From NCBI RefSeq assembly GCF_001458595.1, contig NZ_LN890328.1, positions 2,244,831 through 2,284,830 on the forward strand: a DNA stretch of 40,000 nucleotides, given 5' to 3'. The notes beneath the pieces are model-generated. The model was given only the letters and a program-made list of their open reading frames with translations, had not been told where the DNA came from and made no database searches. The first letter of the stretch is position 1. Each line of letters starts with the position of its first letter. Positions 27,862 to 37,345 of this stretch are shown one piece after another. A program made the translations under genes and the position numbers. The stretch comes from Clostridium neonatale. GTDB taxonomy: Bacteria > Bacillota > Clostridia > Clostridiales > Clostridiaceae.

Positions 27862-28241
27862 TAAGCATTACCTGCCTTTTCTAAAACTATCTCTTGATGT
27901 GATGAATAAATCGCAGGCTTTCCACTATGTTTAAATTCTGTGGTCCTGCCATCATGAGTTATAATAATTTTAGAACCTTCCTTAATTTCAATTTCAGGTG
28001 CTATAAATAGCTTAATAGTTTGTTGAACTGTAGCATTGGCTTCACTCTGATTGGTGGATTTAACACTACTATAAGACAATCTACAAGGCTGATTTTCTAA
28101 TACTATTGTATCTTTTTTGCTTGTAACCTTAGTTACTGGATCTTTAACAGATTTAAATTCTTTAATAGTACAAATATGCTCATACTGACTTTCAATAGCT
28201 TTCCTATGTGCTTTTCTTGCTTGTAAAATAGCTTTGTTCAT
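27861..28241 (-). CDS. Head-tail joining protein (XkdH-like)
   Basis: Gene order; IKLFIAPEIEIKEGSKIIIT. Confidence 0.75.
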   Translation of the reverse strand: MNKAILQARKAHRKAIESQYEHICTIKEFKSVKDPVTKVTSKKDTIVLENQPCRLSYSSVKSTNQSEANATVQQTIKLFIAPEIEIKEGSKIIITHDGRTTEFKHSGKPAIYSSHQEIVLEKAGNA

Positions 28242-28242
28242 A

Positions 28243-28587
28243 TTACCACACCAACTTTCTGTATCTATTCAGCTTAGATTTATATTCATTTAAAATACTA
28301 TCCTTATAATCACTTTCTACACTATCTCTAAAGCTAGTGGATATATCTCCTTCACTTATAGATGAAATAGAACCTATAGCAGTTTCTTCACTGCCTAGGT
28401 TCTCATTTCTATACAATTTAACAGCCATTTTATAAGCTGTAGTTTCTAAGCCTTTAGGTATTTCTTTTATGTGGCAATATTCTAATATTATATTAGTCAC
28501 ATCATCTATAATAAATTCAAGAATAACATCTTTAGATGTATCTTCTAAATTAATTCCTAGGAGCTGCTTAAGTTTATCTAACTCCAT
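28243..28587 (-). CDS. Phage head-tail connector protein
   Basis: Gene order; VILEFIIDDVTNIILEYCHIKEIPKGLETTAYKMAVKLYRNE. Confidence 0.85.
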   Translation of the reverse strand: MELDKLKQLLGINLEDTSKDVILEFIIDDVTNIILEYCHIKEIPKGLETTAYKMAVKLYRNENLGSEETAIGSISSISEGDISTSFRDSVESDYKDSILNEYKSKLNRYRKLVW

Positions 28588-28591
28588 AAGA

Positions 28592-28801
28592 TCACATCCT
28601 ATTCAACTTTTCAACTTCTTTAATTTTTTCTAATATTCCAGATTGGCTAGTAGCTTTTCCAATATCAATATTTTTTTCTTGTGCATATTCTTTAAGTTCC
28701 TCAACTGTCATTTTTGACAGCTCTTTTTCTATCTCTGGACTATTTACTATTTCTTTTTTAGCTGCTTCACGTCTCATTCTTTGAAATGCTGTAGCACTCA
28801 T
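28592..28801 (-). CDS. Small protein with HeH/LEM or Rho-N-like helical C-terminus (start at MSATAFQRMRR)
   Basis: MTVEELKEYAQEKNIDIGKATSQSGILEKIKE pattern; ORF-track start at 28861 overlaps the capsid gene, so the internal ATG is more likely. Confidence 0.7.
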   Translation of the reverse strand: MSATAFQRMRREAAKKEIVNSPEIEKELSKMTVEELKEYAQEKNIDIGKATSQSGILEKIKEVEKLNRM

Positions 28802-28814
28802 ATAACAAACCTCC

Positions 28815-29762
28815 TTATAGCTTATGAACAAACTTAACCATACGAATAGCTTTATCCTCATAAACTCTTGACCAATTAGTACCTGTTGCTAGTTCTGCAT
28901 TTGTAGGTGATGAACCTGCTGCTGAACCAATCCATTTTACTCCTCTTGGGTGTAAAATATAGTGTTTTCTATTTATTAAGATATCATCTCCAGCTAAGCT
29001 ATCTCTATCTGTTTCAGTTGGAACTGGTGCTCCACCATTACCAAGACCAATTGCACCTTCTCCAAATAAATAAGTTGTATATTCCCCAGCAGATGTTGGA
29101 CAAGAATCATCAATAATAACTCTTTTCTCCATGAACAATGAAATTGGCTTATTGTTAGAGTCAAGTTCTGTTTGAATTAAGTTATTCTTACGAAGTTGTG
29201 TTTCTGTAGCTGAATGCATTATAACACCAGTAAGTTTGTCTTTTGCATCTCCCATAAGTTGTAATGCATCAAGGAAGTTTTCACCGTTTATCTTAGCTTT
29301 ATCATCTTCTAAACTAGAAATATCTAAAACCTTATTTGTCATATTACTAGCAGCAAAAGCCCCATCTAATAACTTTATAGCTGTAGCTTGCATACGTCTT
29401 GCCCAATATTCTGCAACTAAATCACCAATTGCAGCCATAGGATCATCTCCAGATAATGCTTTTGCTAAGTCATTTGCACTCCAAGCTTTACCTCTCATTA
29501 ATAGAACAGCAATATCTTGACCAGCTGTGATTTTAGCTGGTGTTAATGCACCATCATCTGAAAGTACTTCATCATCACCATTTAAATCTTCCCAATATGG
29601 CATATTAATTGTTGTACCACCGCTTGATGCTAGTCTATCTAATTCTGGGTTATTTGATATAATCCCACTATTATATAATGCTGATAATTCCATTGTTCTT
29701 TGTACTACATAAGGATTAAATACCTCTGGTACAATTACGTCACTAATCTTTGTTTTTGCCAT
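28815..29762 (-). CDS. Major capsid protein
   Basis: VIVPEVFNPYVVQRTMELSALYNSGIISN...NMPYWEDLNGDDEVLSDD. Confidence 0.93.
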   Translation of the reverse strand: MAKTKISDVIVPEVFNPYVVQRTMELSALYNSGIISNNPELDRLASSGGTTINMPYWEDLNGDDEVLSDDGALTPAKITAGQDIAVLLMRGKAWSANDLAKALSGDDPMAAIGDLVAEYWARRMQATAIKLLDGAFAASNMTNKVLDISSLEDDKAKINGENFLDALQLMGDAKDKLTGVIMHSATETQLRKNNLIQTELDSNNKPISLFMEKRVIIDDSCPTSAGEYTTYLFGEGAIGLGNGGAPVPTETDRDSLAGDDILINRKHYILHPRGVKWIGSAAGSSPTNAELATGTNWSRVYEDKAIRMVKFVHKL

Positions 29763-29782
29763 TTTAAATCACCTTTTCTTTC

Positions 29783-30391
29783 CTATAATTTAAATCCTGC
29801 TGCTGCCATTAATTCTTTAGCTAGTGCAGGATTCTCTTTTAATAATTTTCCTTGTTGTGTAAGATTGTAAGTTTCTTTTGCAAATGGATTAACCCCTATT
29901 GGATCTCCTCCAGCTGCTGGATTATATTTGGGTTTTACTGTATCATTCTTAAAAACATGTGGAATTGATTCTTTATATGGTTTAATAATATCTTCAACTC
30001 CTATTGGTTTGTTATCACCATCAAAATTAAATTTGTTAATACCACCATGTTTATAGATAAGATAATCTGCATCTGTTACACCTAAATCCTTAAGTTTATC
30101 TTTTAGTACATATTCTTTTTCAGTCTTAGTAGCATTATCTTTAAGAGTTTTAATGGTAGTTTCATGTTCCTTAATTGTTTGTTGTAATGCATCATTATCA
30201 ACATTATTTTTCTTTAAATCTGTAATTGTTGCATTTGCAGTTTTAAGCTGTTCGCTTACATCATTGTAAGTACTCTTAGGTACTGCATTCTTAGGAAATT
30301 CAGTATTAACTTGTTTCATTAAATCATCAATATCTATACTTCCATCCTCTTTTTTCTTTGCACCTTCTAATAACTTCCTTAACCATTCCAT
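29783..30391 (-). CDS. Phage scaffolding protein
   Basis: Coiled-coil, KLKDLGVTDADYLIYKHGG, immediately upstream of capsid gene. Confidence 0.88.
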   Translation of the reverse strand: MEWLRKLLEGAKKKEDGSIDIDDLMKQVNTEFPKNAVPKSTYNDVSEQLKTANATITDLKKNNVDNDALQQTIKEHETTIKTLKDNATKTEKEYVLKDKLKDLGVTDADYLIYKHGGINKFNFDGDNKPIGVEDIIKPYKESIPHVFKNDTVKPKYNPAAGGDPIGVNPFAKETYNLTQQGKLLKENPALAKELMAAAGFKL

Positions 30392-30545
30392 TTTACATTT
30401 CTCCTTTACTTCTAATAGATTTTTATACCTGCTCTCCAGGTACTGTAGAATTACCTTTGTTCTTTATGCCCTGCAAACCTGTAAAAAGGGCGAAAATAAT
30501 AAGCCTTTTTACGCCTTGCTAATGGCAAAATAAAAAGCCTTATTT

Positions 30546-30881
30546 CTAAGACTTGCTAACTTCTCTTAATGCCTTTTCTAAATTTTCAGATATAATTTTT
30601 GTAAATTCAGCAATAAACTTCTCTGGTACATTTGATTCACTTTTTACTTTTATAGGTCTAATTGATTTAGTTGTCCTTTTAACTTCTTGCGTTACATCCA
30701 TTATAAGTGAAACTTTTTTAGGATTTATCATTATCCTCCTATTACCACTATCTGATATACCATTAATAAAGCATATATCTGAATATCTTGCTTTTAAAAT
30801 GAAATCTTGAAATGCTTCTGCTGTATCATTAGAATTAATTGTTATTTCTTTTCCATCACATACAATATAAATATAATTCAT
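30546..30881 (-). CDS. Phage hypothetical protein
   Basis: ORF with RBS in late operon. Confidence 0.7.
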   Translation of the reverse strand: MNYIYIVCDGKEITINSNDTAEAFQDFILKARYSDICFINGISDSGNRRIMINPKKVSLIMDVTQEVKRTTKSIRPIKVKSESNVPEKFIAEFTKIISENLEKALREVSKS

Positions 30882-30918
30882 TGTAAATTCCTCCCAAAAT
30901 AAGCCTTATTATTAAGAC

Positions 30919-31188
30919 TTAATCAGCTAATTCATATGTTTTCTCAAATACATCTGGTTTGCAAGCATAAAGCTCTCCTTTTATACCTTGAATTATAAAA
31001 TCACCTACACTGGCCTTCATATCACCTTCAAGTGTTTTAATTTTAAGATTTGGTCCATCAAAATACAATATCCCTTTCTTATGAGCTTCAATCCCCCATT
31101 CAGGAATATAATACTTCCCTTCTCTATCTTGAAAATCTCCATCATATTGAAAAGCTTCAATTTCAACTGGTTTTTTCCTATATTTCAT
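30919..31188 (-). CDS. Phage hypothetical protein (KYRKKPVEIEAFQYDG family)
   Basis: Characteristic N-terminus MKYRKKPVEIEAFQYDGD. Confidence 0.8.
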   Translation of the reverse strand: MKYRKKPVEIEAFQYDGDFQDREGKYYIPEWGIEAHKKGILYFDGPNLKIKTLEGDMKASVGDFIIQGIKGELYACKPDVFEKTYELAD

Positions 31189-31255
31189 CTTTCAATTCCT
31201 CCTAAAATGAGCCCTATAGGCTACCAAATATCGTATTAAATAAAATTATAATAAT

Positions 31256-31387
31256 TAATAAATCCAATACGCATACTATAAAACTTGCTATTCTTCCAGC
31301 TATTTCTTTATCACTAAATATTTTTACAAATTCAATTAAAGCGCATAATATCATGTATACAAACGCTACCCATTGAACTACTATCAT
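31256..31387 (-). CDS. 43-aa small membrane protein
   Basis: MIVVQWVAFVYMILCALIEFVKIFSDKEIAGRIASFIVCVLDY*; upstream GGAG. Confidence 0.5.
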
Positions 31388-31437
31388 ATTCTATCACTCC
31401 TTAAATTTTTGCATAATAAAAGCACCTACTCATTTTT

Positions 31438-32523
31438 CTAAGTAAGTGCTTGTTTCTTTTTTACATACTTCTTTTTCCATTCATCATATGTCATATCTGC
31501 AGGTACTTTTTTATATCCATTAGTTTCTGTATTTCTTGAAGCTCTTTTTTCATCTTCTGTAAAATCATCAAAATAAGGAACTGTTGTTGTTCTACAATTA
31601 CAATGGAATGGTGGAGCTGTTAATCCAACCTTATATTCATCTAAATAAAAGAATGGTTCATCTTTATTTCTTCCCTTGTGGTCCATTTCTCTGCATATAT
31701 TTGATGTCTTCAAGTCTAAAGTAGCTAATATTTGATATTTCTTAACTCCAAGCTTTTTATAAGACTCTAATGCTGCTCTTGAATTAACATAGGCCCTTTC
31801 AGTTTGTACTACTCTTTCCACTGCTTTTCTATCAGACTCTAGCTTTTCTGCCCATCTTTCTATTATCTTATTATTACTTTCACCTCTTATTAATGCCTGC
31901 GGTAAATCCTTCTCTACTAAATCAGCAACTAACTGTTGTTTTCTGCCCCATAGTCTTTCTGAAAATACTTTTCCATCCGTAGTCCAAGGCTTTTTTAGCA
32001 TATCATCAATTTCAGATTCATTGTACTTATGCAGATCTACTCCAATATTCAATCCTTTTTCTATCTCATAAGCATTCTTATATATATCATCTTCAAGTCC
32101 ACTTTTCAAAAGATGGCTAATATCAGTTATTCTTTTTGCATATTCCTTTTCAAGATGATGTTGCATCTGAAATTGTAATGACTCTAATCTAGTTACATGA
32201 ACTTTAATAGATGCATTTTCTAATTCTTTTCTCCAAGCATCACTTAATATTTTGGATTGGCCATATTTAATATACTGTTGTACTGTCCAATGAAATTCTT
32301 CTAGTTCATTTGCATTTAAAATTCGTTGTGCTTCTGCATAAGTTATTTTGTTCTTTTTAGCAAATCTTAGATACCAATATGCAATATCCTTTTGTATCTG
32401 TTCTAATGTTTCTTTATGCAGCTGTTCCAAATCCTTTTTATACTGTTCAGAATCCTTATAAGCAGCGTTCTCTAATTCTAATGATCTTTTTTGCCAGTAT
32501 TCATTATTCCCCACCATAAACAC
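31438..32523 (-). CDS. Phage head morphogenesis protein (SPP1 gp7 / MuF type)
   Basis: MNREICRxMDHK-type motif NICREMDHKGRNKDEPFFYLDEYKVGLTAPPFHCNCRTTTVPYFDD. Confidence 0.93.
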   Translation of the reverse strand: MFMVGNNEYWQKRSLELENAAYKDSEQYKKDLEQLHKETLEQIQKDIAYWYLRFAKKNKITYAEAQRILNANELEEFHWTVQQYIKYGQSKILSDAWRKELENASIKVHVTRLESLQFQMQHHLEKEYAKRITDISHLLKSGLEDDIYKNAYEIEKGLNIGVDLHKYNESEIDDMLKKPWTTDGKVFSERLWGRKQQLVADLVEKDLPQALIRGESNNKIIERWAEKLESDRKAVERVVQTERAYVNSRAALESYKKLGVKKYQILATLDLKTSNICREMDHKGRNKDEPFFYLDEYKVGLTAPPFHCNCRTTTVPYFDDFTEDEKRASRNTETNGYKKVPADMTYDEWKKKYVKKKQALT

Positions 32524-32674
32524 CTACAATAGTATTCTTAAACCATTCTAAAAAATTAAATAAAGTAACAATAAATAATGCATCTTTTGTATTTCCTTCA
32601 TAAAATAATTGAATAATCAAAAATAAAAACCATAAACATGCACAAAATAAACTCCATTTAGATTTACTGTTCAT
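32504..32674 (-). CDS. Small single-TM protein (probable start MNSKSKW)
   Basis: MNSKSKWSLFCACLWFLFLIIQLFYEG...; ORF-track start at 32794 overlaps portal gene. Confidence 0.5.
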   Translation of the reverse strand: MNSKSKWSLFCACLWFLFLIIQLFYEGNTKDALFIVTLFNFLEWFKNTIVGVYGGE

Positions 32675-34073
32675 CTTTATCAGCCTCCTCATTATCATCT
32701 TTATTTGGAAATGCACCTTTATAATCATCATTATCTTGCTGCTTTTCTTCGCCTTCTTTTTTCTTCTGTTCTGCTTCCTTATCAGCATCTTCAACGAATG
32801 GGTGATTTTTATATAATGTTAAATTACTTAATAGTCCCATAGATGAAGTACATATATCAGCTAATTCTGAATCATTCGTTACTGCTGTCCTAGTCCATGT
32901 TTGAATTATTGATTTACATTCAACATTTAGATATCTACATATTGCTCTAACAAACTCACCAAAACCTAATTTAAATTCTGTTTCAGTAAGTCCAGCTTTA
33001 AGCTCTAGTAAAGAATATAGAAACTTCAACGCAACACCTGAAGCATTTCCAAAGTCTTGTTGTTGTGGATCTACTCCTTGACCTTGTTCAAATATTGCTT
33101 TCCTTGTCATAGTCAAAAGTTTTTCTCTAGCTTCTATTGGAATATCTATTGTTAATGTCTGCAATCCACTTCTATCTCCAGCCCCACTATCATTCACCTT
33201 AACAGTCTTATATTTTTTAAGCTGAGACAAGAACTCTCTTGAGTCTTCTCCTTCATAATTAGTAAGTATGAATATTATTTCCTGGATATCCTCAAGATCA
33301 TTAACAAAGCCACTAAAGACTTTATCATACACGTCTATTAGTGGTTTTACATTATCTAAATCACTTGTCATTAAATTGTTATTTCCAAATGGTATAAATG
33401 GAACTCTTTCAAATCCATGGTTAAATTCATTACTTTGTTGATTTGCATTAGAATCTACTATAAAATTACTAAACATTGTATAAATTTCTAATCCTTCATC
33501 TATAGTAAGATCAGATTTCTTTCTAAATGCTTGGCATGTAATATCATTCCAATATTCATAAATATCATAAGTTACACCTTCATCATCTGTATCATTATAA
33601 ACTCTTAATATTCCTAAAAGCTTTTTATTTAAACTACTGGACCATATCGGAATTATTTGCTTACTATCTACTACACCATATTCAAATTCTTTATCATCAT
33701 TTAACCAATAATGTAACCATGCTATGCCACTATTAGCAGCATTGATACATAAATCCTTACAAACTTTAGCATAGTTGTCTCCTAATAAATCCGTAATTCT
33801 TTTATTAGCTTCTTTATTTCCAACATCAAAAAGTGGTGGAGCAGTAAACATATATGATGCTTTTTGATTAACAAGTAATCCATGAAAATTAGAACTTATC
33901 CTATTATCTGCATTTCTTAATGGATTTTCTGAATCTTCATCTTTCTTTCTGTCATATGTTAATATATCATTCTTATTTCTGTAATATCTTTCTGCTGTAA
34001 ATGATTTGCATACTATATCTGAATGACCTGTTGTATGCTTCTTAATTAATTTCTTTACTACTTCTATATCCAA
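32664..34073 (-). CDS. Phage portal protein (SPP1 gp6-like)
   Basis: ENPLRNADNRISSNFHGLLVNQKASYMFTAPP..., QDFGNASGVALKFLYSLLELKAG. Confidence 0.93.
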   Translation of the reverse strand: MDIEVVKKLIKKHTTGHSDIVCKSFTAERYYRNKNDILTYDRKKDEDSENPLRNADNRISSNFHGLLVNQKASYMFTAPPLFDVGNKEANKRITDLLGDNYAKVCKDLCINAANSGIAWLHYWLNDDKEFEYGVVDSKQIIPIWSSSLNKKLLGILRVYNDTDDEGVTYDIYEYWNDITCQAFRKKSDLTIDEGLEIYTMFSNFIVDSNANQQSNEFNHGFERVPFIPFGNNNLMTSDLDNVKPLIDVYDKVFSGFVNDLEDIQEIIFILTNYEGEDSREFLSQLKKYKTVKVNDSGAGDRSGLQTLTIDIPIEAREKLLTMTRKAIFEQGQGVDPQQQDFGNASGVALKFLYSLLELKAGLTETEFKLGFGEFVRAICRYLNVECKSIIQTWTRTAVTNDSELADICTSSMGLLSNLTLYKNHPFVEDADKEAEQKKKEGEEKQQDNDDYKGAFPNKDDNEEADKDEQ

Positions 34074-34168
34074 TTAATTCACCTCAATTCTTGTGCTAAT
34101 CTTTTAATTTTTCTATAATGAAATTACAAGTGTTTCCAACACTGAGTACTTATGAAAGGAGTTTAAAT

Positions 34169-34399
34169 ATGGGTAAAAATCAATGGGTGTCTCCTCGTAA
34201 TGGACAGTGGGCTGTACATGGAGAAAGAAATCAAAAAGATACAAAAATCTTTAATACTCAAAAAGAAGCCTTGAACCATGCTATAAAAATTGCTAAAAAT
34301 CAAAAGAGCGAAGTCATTATTCAAGGTAGAGATGGTAGAATACGCTCTAAAGACAGTTATGGAAATGATTCCTGCCCTCCCAAAGATACTGAAAATTAA
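34169..34399 (+). CDS. DUF2188-family small basic protein, antisense to the late operon direction
   Basis: MGKNQWVSPRNGQWAVHGERNQKDTKIFNTQKEALNHAIKIAKNQKSEVIIQGRDGRIRSKDSYG...; RBS GAAAGGAG upstream. Confidence 0.85.
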   Translation: MGKNQWVSPRNGQWAVHGERNQKDTKIFNTQKEALNHAIKIAKNQKSEVIIQGRDGRIRSKDSYGNDSCPPKDTEN

Positions 34400-34542
34400 T
34401 CATACTTTGGTGTAATTCTAACCCTGTAACCTTTAATTACATCTATATATTCTGGTGTAATTTCTGCAATAGTTACAGGGATTTTTTCATCAGTTTCTAT
34501 TACAACTTTTGAATAATCTTTTAATGTTTTTTCTTCATTCAT
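34396..34542 (-). CDS. 48-aa phage hypothetical protein
   Basis: MNEEKTLKDYSKVVIETDEKIPVTIAEITPEYIDVIKGYRVRITPKYD*; upstream AAGGTGGTG. Confidence 0.65.
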   Translation of the reverse strand: MNEEKTLKDYSKVVIETDEKIPVTIAEITPEYIDVIKGYRVRITPKYD

Positions 34543-34556
34543 ATTTTATCACCACC

Positions 34557-35996
34557 TTATTTAAATATTGACATACCACTAGGTTTATTTATCATTTCTG
34601 CTATTCCAGTTGTAGCATCTGGAGCATCATCATGCTTGTTCTTTCCTTCACGTTGATATTTAATCATGGCATTATAATATTCTGGCCATCTGTCTTTCCA
34701 ATTTGACGGAAAGTATATATGTTCCAGTACCCAAGTTGAATTACTAAGTATCCTAGCTTCTTTATTCTTAGATTGATGAAATGGCTTAATAACTGTTTTA
34801 TTGCTGCCAAACTTCTCTTTTAATATTCTTTTTACATTTCTTGCAAAGCCTTCTCCACCATTGTTACTCTCAATATCTGCTTTATTGACATTACCTTGAT
34901 ATAACATCTTAGCAGTTTCATTTTCAGTAACTGACATATCCTTTTGTGTATAAAGTACGTCTAATATATAAGCTTCTTTATCATAAACACCATAGTTAAT
35001 ACTACATAAGTAATCCTCTCCCTTGTCTGCTGTATCTGTATAGTTCTTAATAGCTGTAAATAGTAAATTACCATTACTATCCTTAGGCAATTCTGTATAG
35101 GTCTTAAGTTTAGGATATAAACGACCTTTTAAGTCTATAGGCTCTTGTTGATAATTTGCACTTGCTATATCTGCCCCCATAGTCTTAATTTTATTTTCAT
35201 ATGACTTTCTACTTAATACTTCATCACAAAGCATTGTTCCATCATCTTGAAGGGCTTTCATAGATATATGCTTAATCTTTCTGTCAGCCATTTCTTCAAG
35301 TACTTTACCTGCTAAATCATCACTGGCCCATCTAGTCATTATGATTATTATTTTTCCGCCTTCTTCTAAACGTGAAAGCATTGTATTAGTAAACCACTCC
35401 CAGTGCTTTTCTTTAACACCTTCGTTATTGGCTTCTTCTGCATTCTTGATTAAATCATCAATAATCATTAATGAACATCCAAATCCTGTTGCTGTTCCAG
35501 TAGGAGATGTGGCAAGATAATTATTATATCCGCCTTCTAAGCTCCATAAGTTCATAGCACCATCACCACGCTTTATGGCTACATCAGGAAATACATCACT
35601 GAATACTGGTTTATACTTATCTGCCTTTTCTTCCTGGATGCTATTTCTAACATTCTTAGAGAACATAGTTGAAAGAGTTTCATTATATGATCCAGTCATT
35701 ATCTTTTCAGTTTGATTTTTACCAAGTACCCATTCAACAAATAATCCTGCCGTTCTTGATTTTCCATGTCTAGGAGGTTCATTTACTACAAGTATTTCAT
35801 CTTCACCCTCATAGAACTCTTGAAGGTCATTACATAGCTCTACTAGATATTTTCTATTTGGTTTATAAAAGTCAGGTGCTTTTAAATTGCAGTAACTAAA
35901 AAAAGACCTTCTGGCCTTTAATATAGATAGCTTTAATTTCTTTTCCTGTAATTCTTCTAATGCTTTTAAGTATTCCAGCCTATCCATCCTTATCAA
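34557..35996 (-). CDS. Phage terminase large subunit
   Basis: Walker A-like VNEPPRHGKSRTAG, Walker B SLMIIDDLI, coupling motif MTRW, nuclease domain. Confidence 0.95.
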   Translation of the reverse strand: MIRMDRLEYLKALEELQEKKLKLSILKARRSFFSYCNLKAPDFYKPNRKYLVELCNDLQEFYEGEDEILVVNEPPRHGKSRTAGLFVEWVLGKNQTEKIMTGSYNETLSTMFSKNVRNSIQEEKADKYKPVFSDVFPDVAIKRGDGAMNLWSLEGGYNNYLATSPTGTATGFGCSLMIIDDLIKNAEEANNEGVKEKHWEWFTNTMLSRLEEGGKIIIIMTRWASDDLAGKVLEEMADRKIKHISMKALQDDGTMLCDEVLSRKSYENKIKTMGADIASANYQQEPIDLKGRLYPKLKTYTELPKDSNGNLLFTAIKNYTDTADKGEDYLCSINYGVYDKEAYILDVLYTQKDMSVTENETAKMLYQGNVNKADIESNNGGEGFARNVKRILKEKFGSNKTVIKPFHQSKNKEARILSNSTWVLEHIYFPSNWKDRWPEYYNAMIKYQREGKNKHDDAPDATTGIAEMINKPSGMSIFK

Positions 35997-36417
35997 TTCC
36001 TAATTTTTTCTCTAGCTTACTTATTTCATCTTCCAGTTGATCTTCAGTTAAATTACTTGTATTTTCTACTTTAGCATTAATAGTGCTATTACTTTCAACT
36101 TGCTTTTTATCTTCCCATCCAAAATTATTCTTTAATGCAAATATAGAAAATGTGACATTACTTTCACCAGTTAATGCTCTTTCTTCCATAGATGCTTCAA
36201 CTATATCTTTAGCCTTTTTTATAGTGGGGAAAAATTCATCTTTTTCAGAATAGTTATATAATGTTTTTCTATCTATTCCTATCCATAAAGCGAGTCCACT
36301 TAATGTATAAGGCTTATTATGTTGTTCACATCTTTGCCAGTATTCCATTATCTTTTGTTCTAATTCTTCTTGTGTCCTAAATATTCTCGGTCTACCTACT
36401 GCCTTTTTCTCATCCAT
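35980..36417 (-). CDS. Phage terminase small subunit
   Basis: GRPRIFRTQEELEQKIMEYWQRCEQHNKPYTLSGLALWIGIDRKTLYNYS; upstream of terL. Confidence 0.9.
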   Translation of the reverse strand: MDEKKAVGRPRIFRTQEELEQKIMEYWQRCEQHNKPYTLSGLALWIGIDRKTLYNYSEKDEFFPTIKKAKDIVEASMEERALTGESNVTFSIFALKNNFGWEDKKQVESNSTINAKVENTSNLTEDQLEDEISKLEKKLGIDKDG

Positions 36418-36450
36418 AGACTCACCTTCCTTTCTGTTTTATTGCATAAT

Positions 36451-36480
36451 AAAAGGACTCTATTTTTCTAGAATCCTTTC
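36451..36480 (-). terminator. Terminator after exported coiled-coil protein
   Basis: Minus strand AAAGGATTCTAGAAAAATAGAGTCCTTTTATTATG. Confidence 0.65.
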
Positions 36481-36488
36481 CTTTAACA

Positions 36489-37175
36489 TTATTCATTATG
36501 ATCAACTTTATCCCATATATAAGCTACATCTTTATATTCTTCATCAACCTTATTATATAATTTATCTACTTCATCCATTACAGGCTTTTGAACTTTATCA
36601 AGCTCTTTATATAATTCCTCCAATTCTTTATAATATGGTTCAAGTTTCTTTTGTGTAGCTAGTAGCTTGTCTTTTTCACTAGCTGTTAAAACAGGTAGTG
36701 ATTTTATATAATTTACCATGCTATCATATATGCTTTCTTCATTATTATCATCTAAACTTTCTTCATTTATGTCAAATCCATTAATAAGCTTGCTCGCTTC
36801 GTATTTATGGGCTTTATCCATTATTTTGCTATCTTCATTTTGTATTTCATAAATTTTATCATCCACTGCTTGTATTTTAACTCTTACATCAGCACCAAGA
36901 CTATCAGCCTTATCAAGTAATATATCAATTTGTTTATATATGGGTTGTATCACTTTTTCTGATTCTATTAATTTTTGTTTTTCATCATTGCTTATACCTT
37001 TTAAAGATAATATATATTCTTTAAATTCTTTATCTAATATGTAATCTTCTTGAACTTGAACCACTTCATTTTCTTTTATTTTATTAGCATTCGCTGTTGA
37101 AGCAAATACACCTGTTGATGCTGAACTAACAACCATACATCCAATCAATAACATTTTTAATAAATTCTTTTTCAT
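36489..37175 (-). CDS. Exported coiled-coil protein; candidate moron/lysogenic conversion gene
   Basis: Signal peptide MKKNLLKMLLIGCMVVSSASTGVFASTANA followed by charged helical repeats; GAGGGAGATGG RBS. Confidence 0.75.
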   Translation of the reverse strand: MKKNLLKMLLIGCMVVSSASTGVFASTANANKIKENEVVQVQEDYILDKEFKEYILSLKGISNDEKQKLIESEKVIQPIYKQIDILLDKADSLGADVRVKIQAVDDKIYEIQNEDSKIMDKAHKYEASKLINGFDINEESLDDNNEESIYDSMVNYIKSLPVLTASEKDKLLATQKKLEPYYKELEELYKELDKVQKPVMDEVDKLYNKVDEEYKDVAYIWDKVDHNE

Positions 37176-37280
37176 AATAAACCATCTCCCTCATTTCTTT
37201 CTTATACTTATAAGACGATTTATATATTATAAAAAGTTTTAAATTATTTATAAATTCAAAAAAATTTTTATAAATAATAA

Positions 37281-37300
37281 AAGACACCCAACTGAGTGCC
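37281..37300 (-). terminator. Promoter-proximal hairpin (terminator/attenuator candidate)
   Basis: Minus strand AGGCACTC-AGTT-GGGTGTCT followed by TTTATTATTT. Confidence 0.6.
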
Positions 37301-37323
37301 TCTTGATAAATTTCTATGATAGT

Positions 37324-37329
37324 ATTATA
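37324..37329 (-). promoter_or_regulatory. Candidate phage late promoter -10 (TATAAT)
   Basis: Reverse complement AGTATTATATAATACT; no good -35 at 17 bp, instead the 11-bp repeat array. Confidence 0.6.
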
Positions 37330-37345
37330 TAATACTTTTTCCACT

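Noticed and set aside
37126-37344. 72-aa minus-strand ORF MEKVLYNTII... (37126-37344)
   Set aside because: Overlaps the signal-peptide start of the 36489-37175 gene and the late-promoter/hairpin region; composition is AT-driven.
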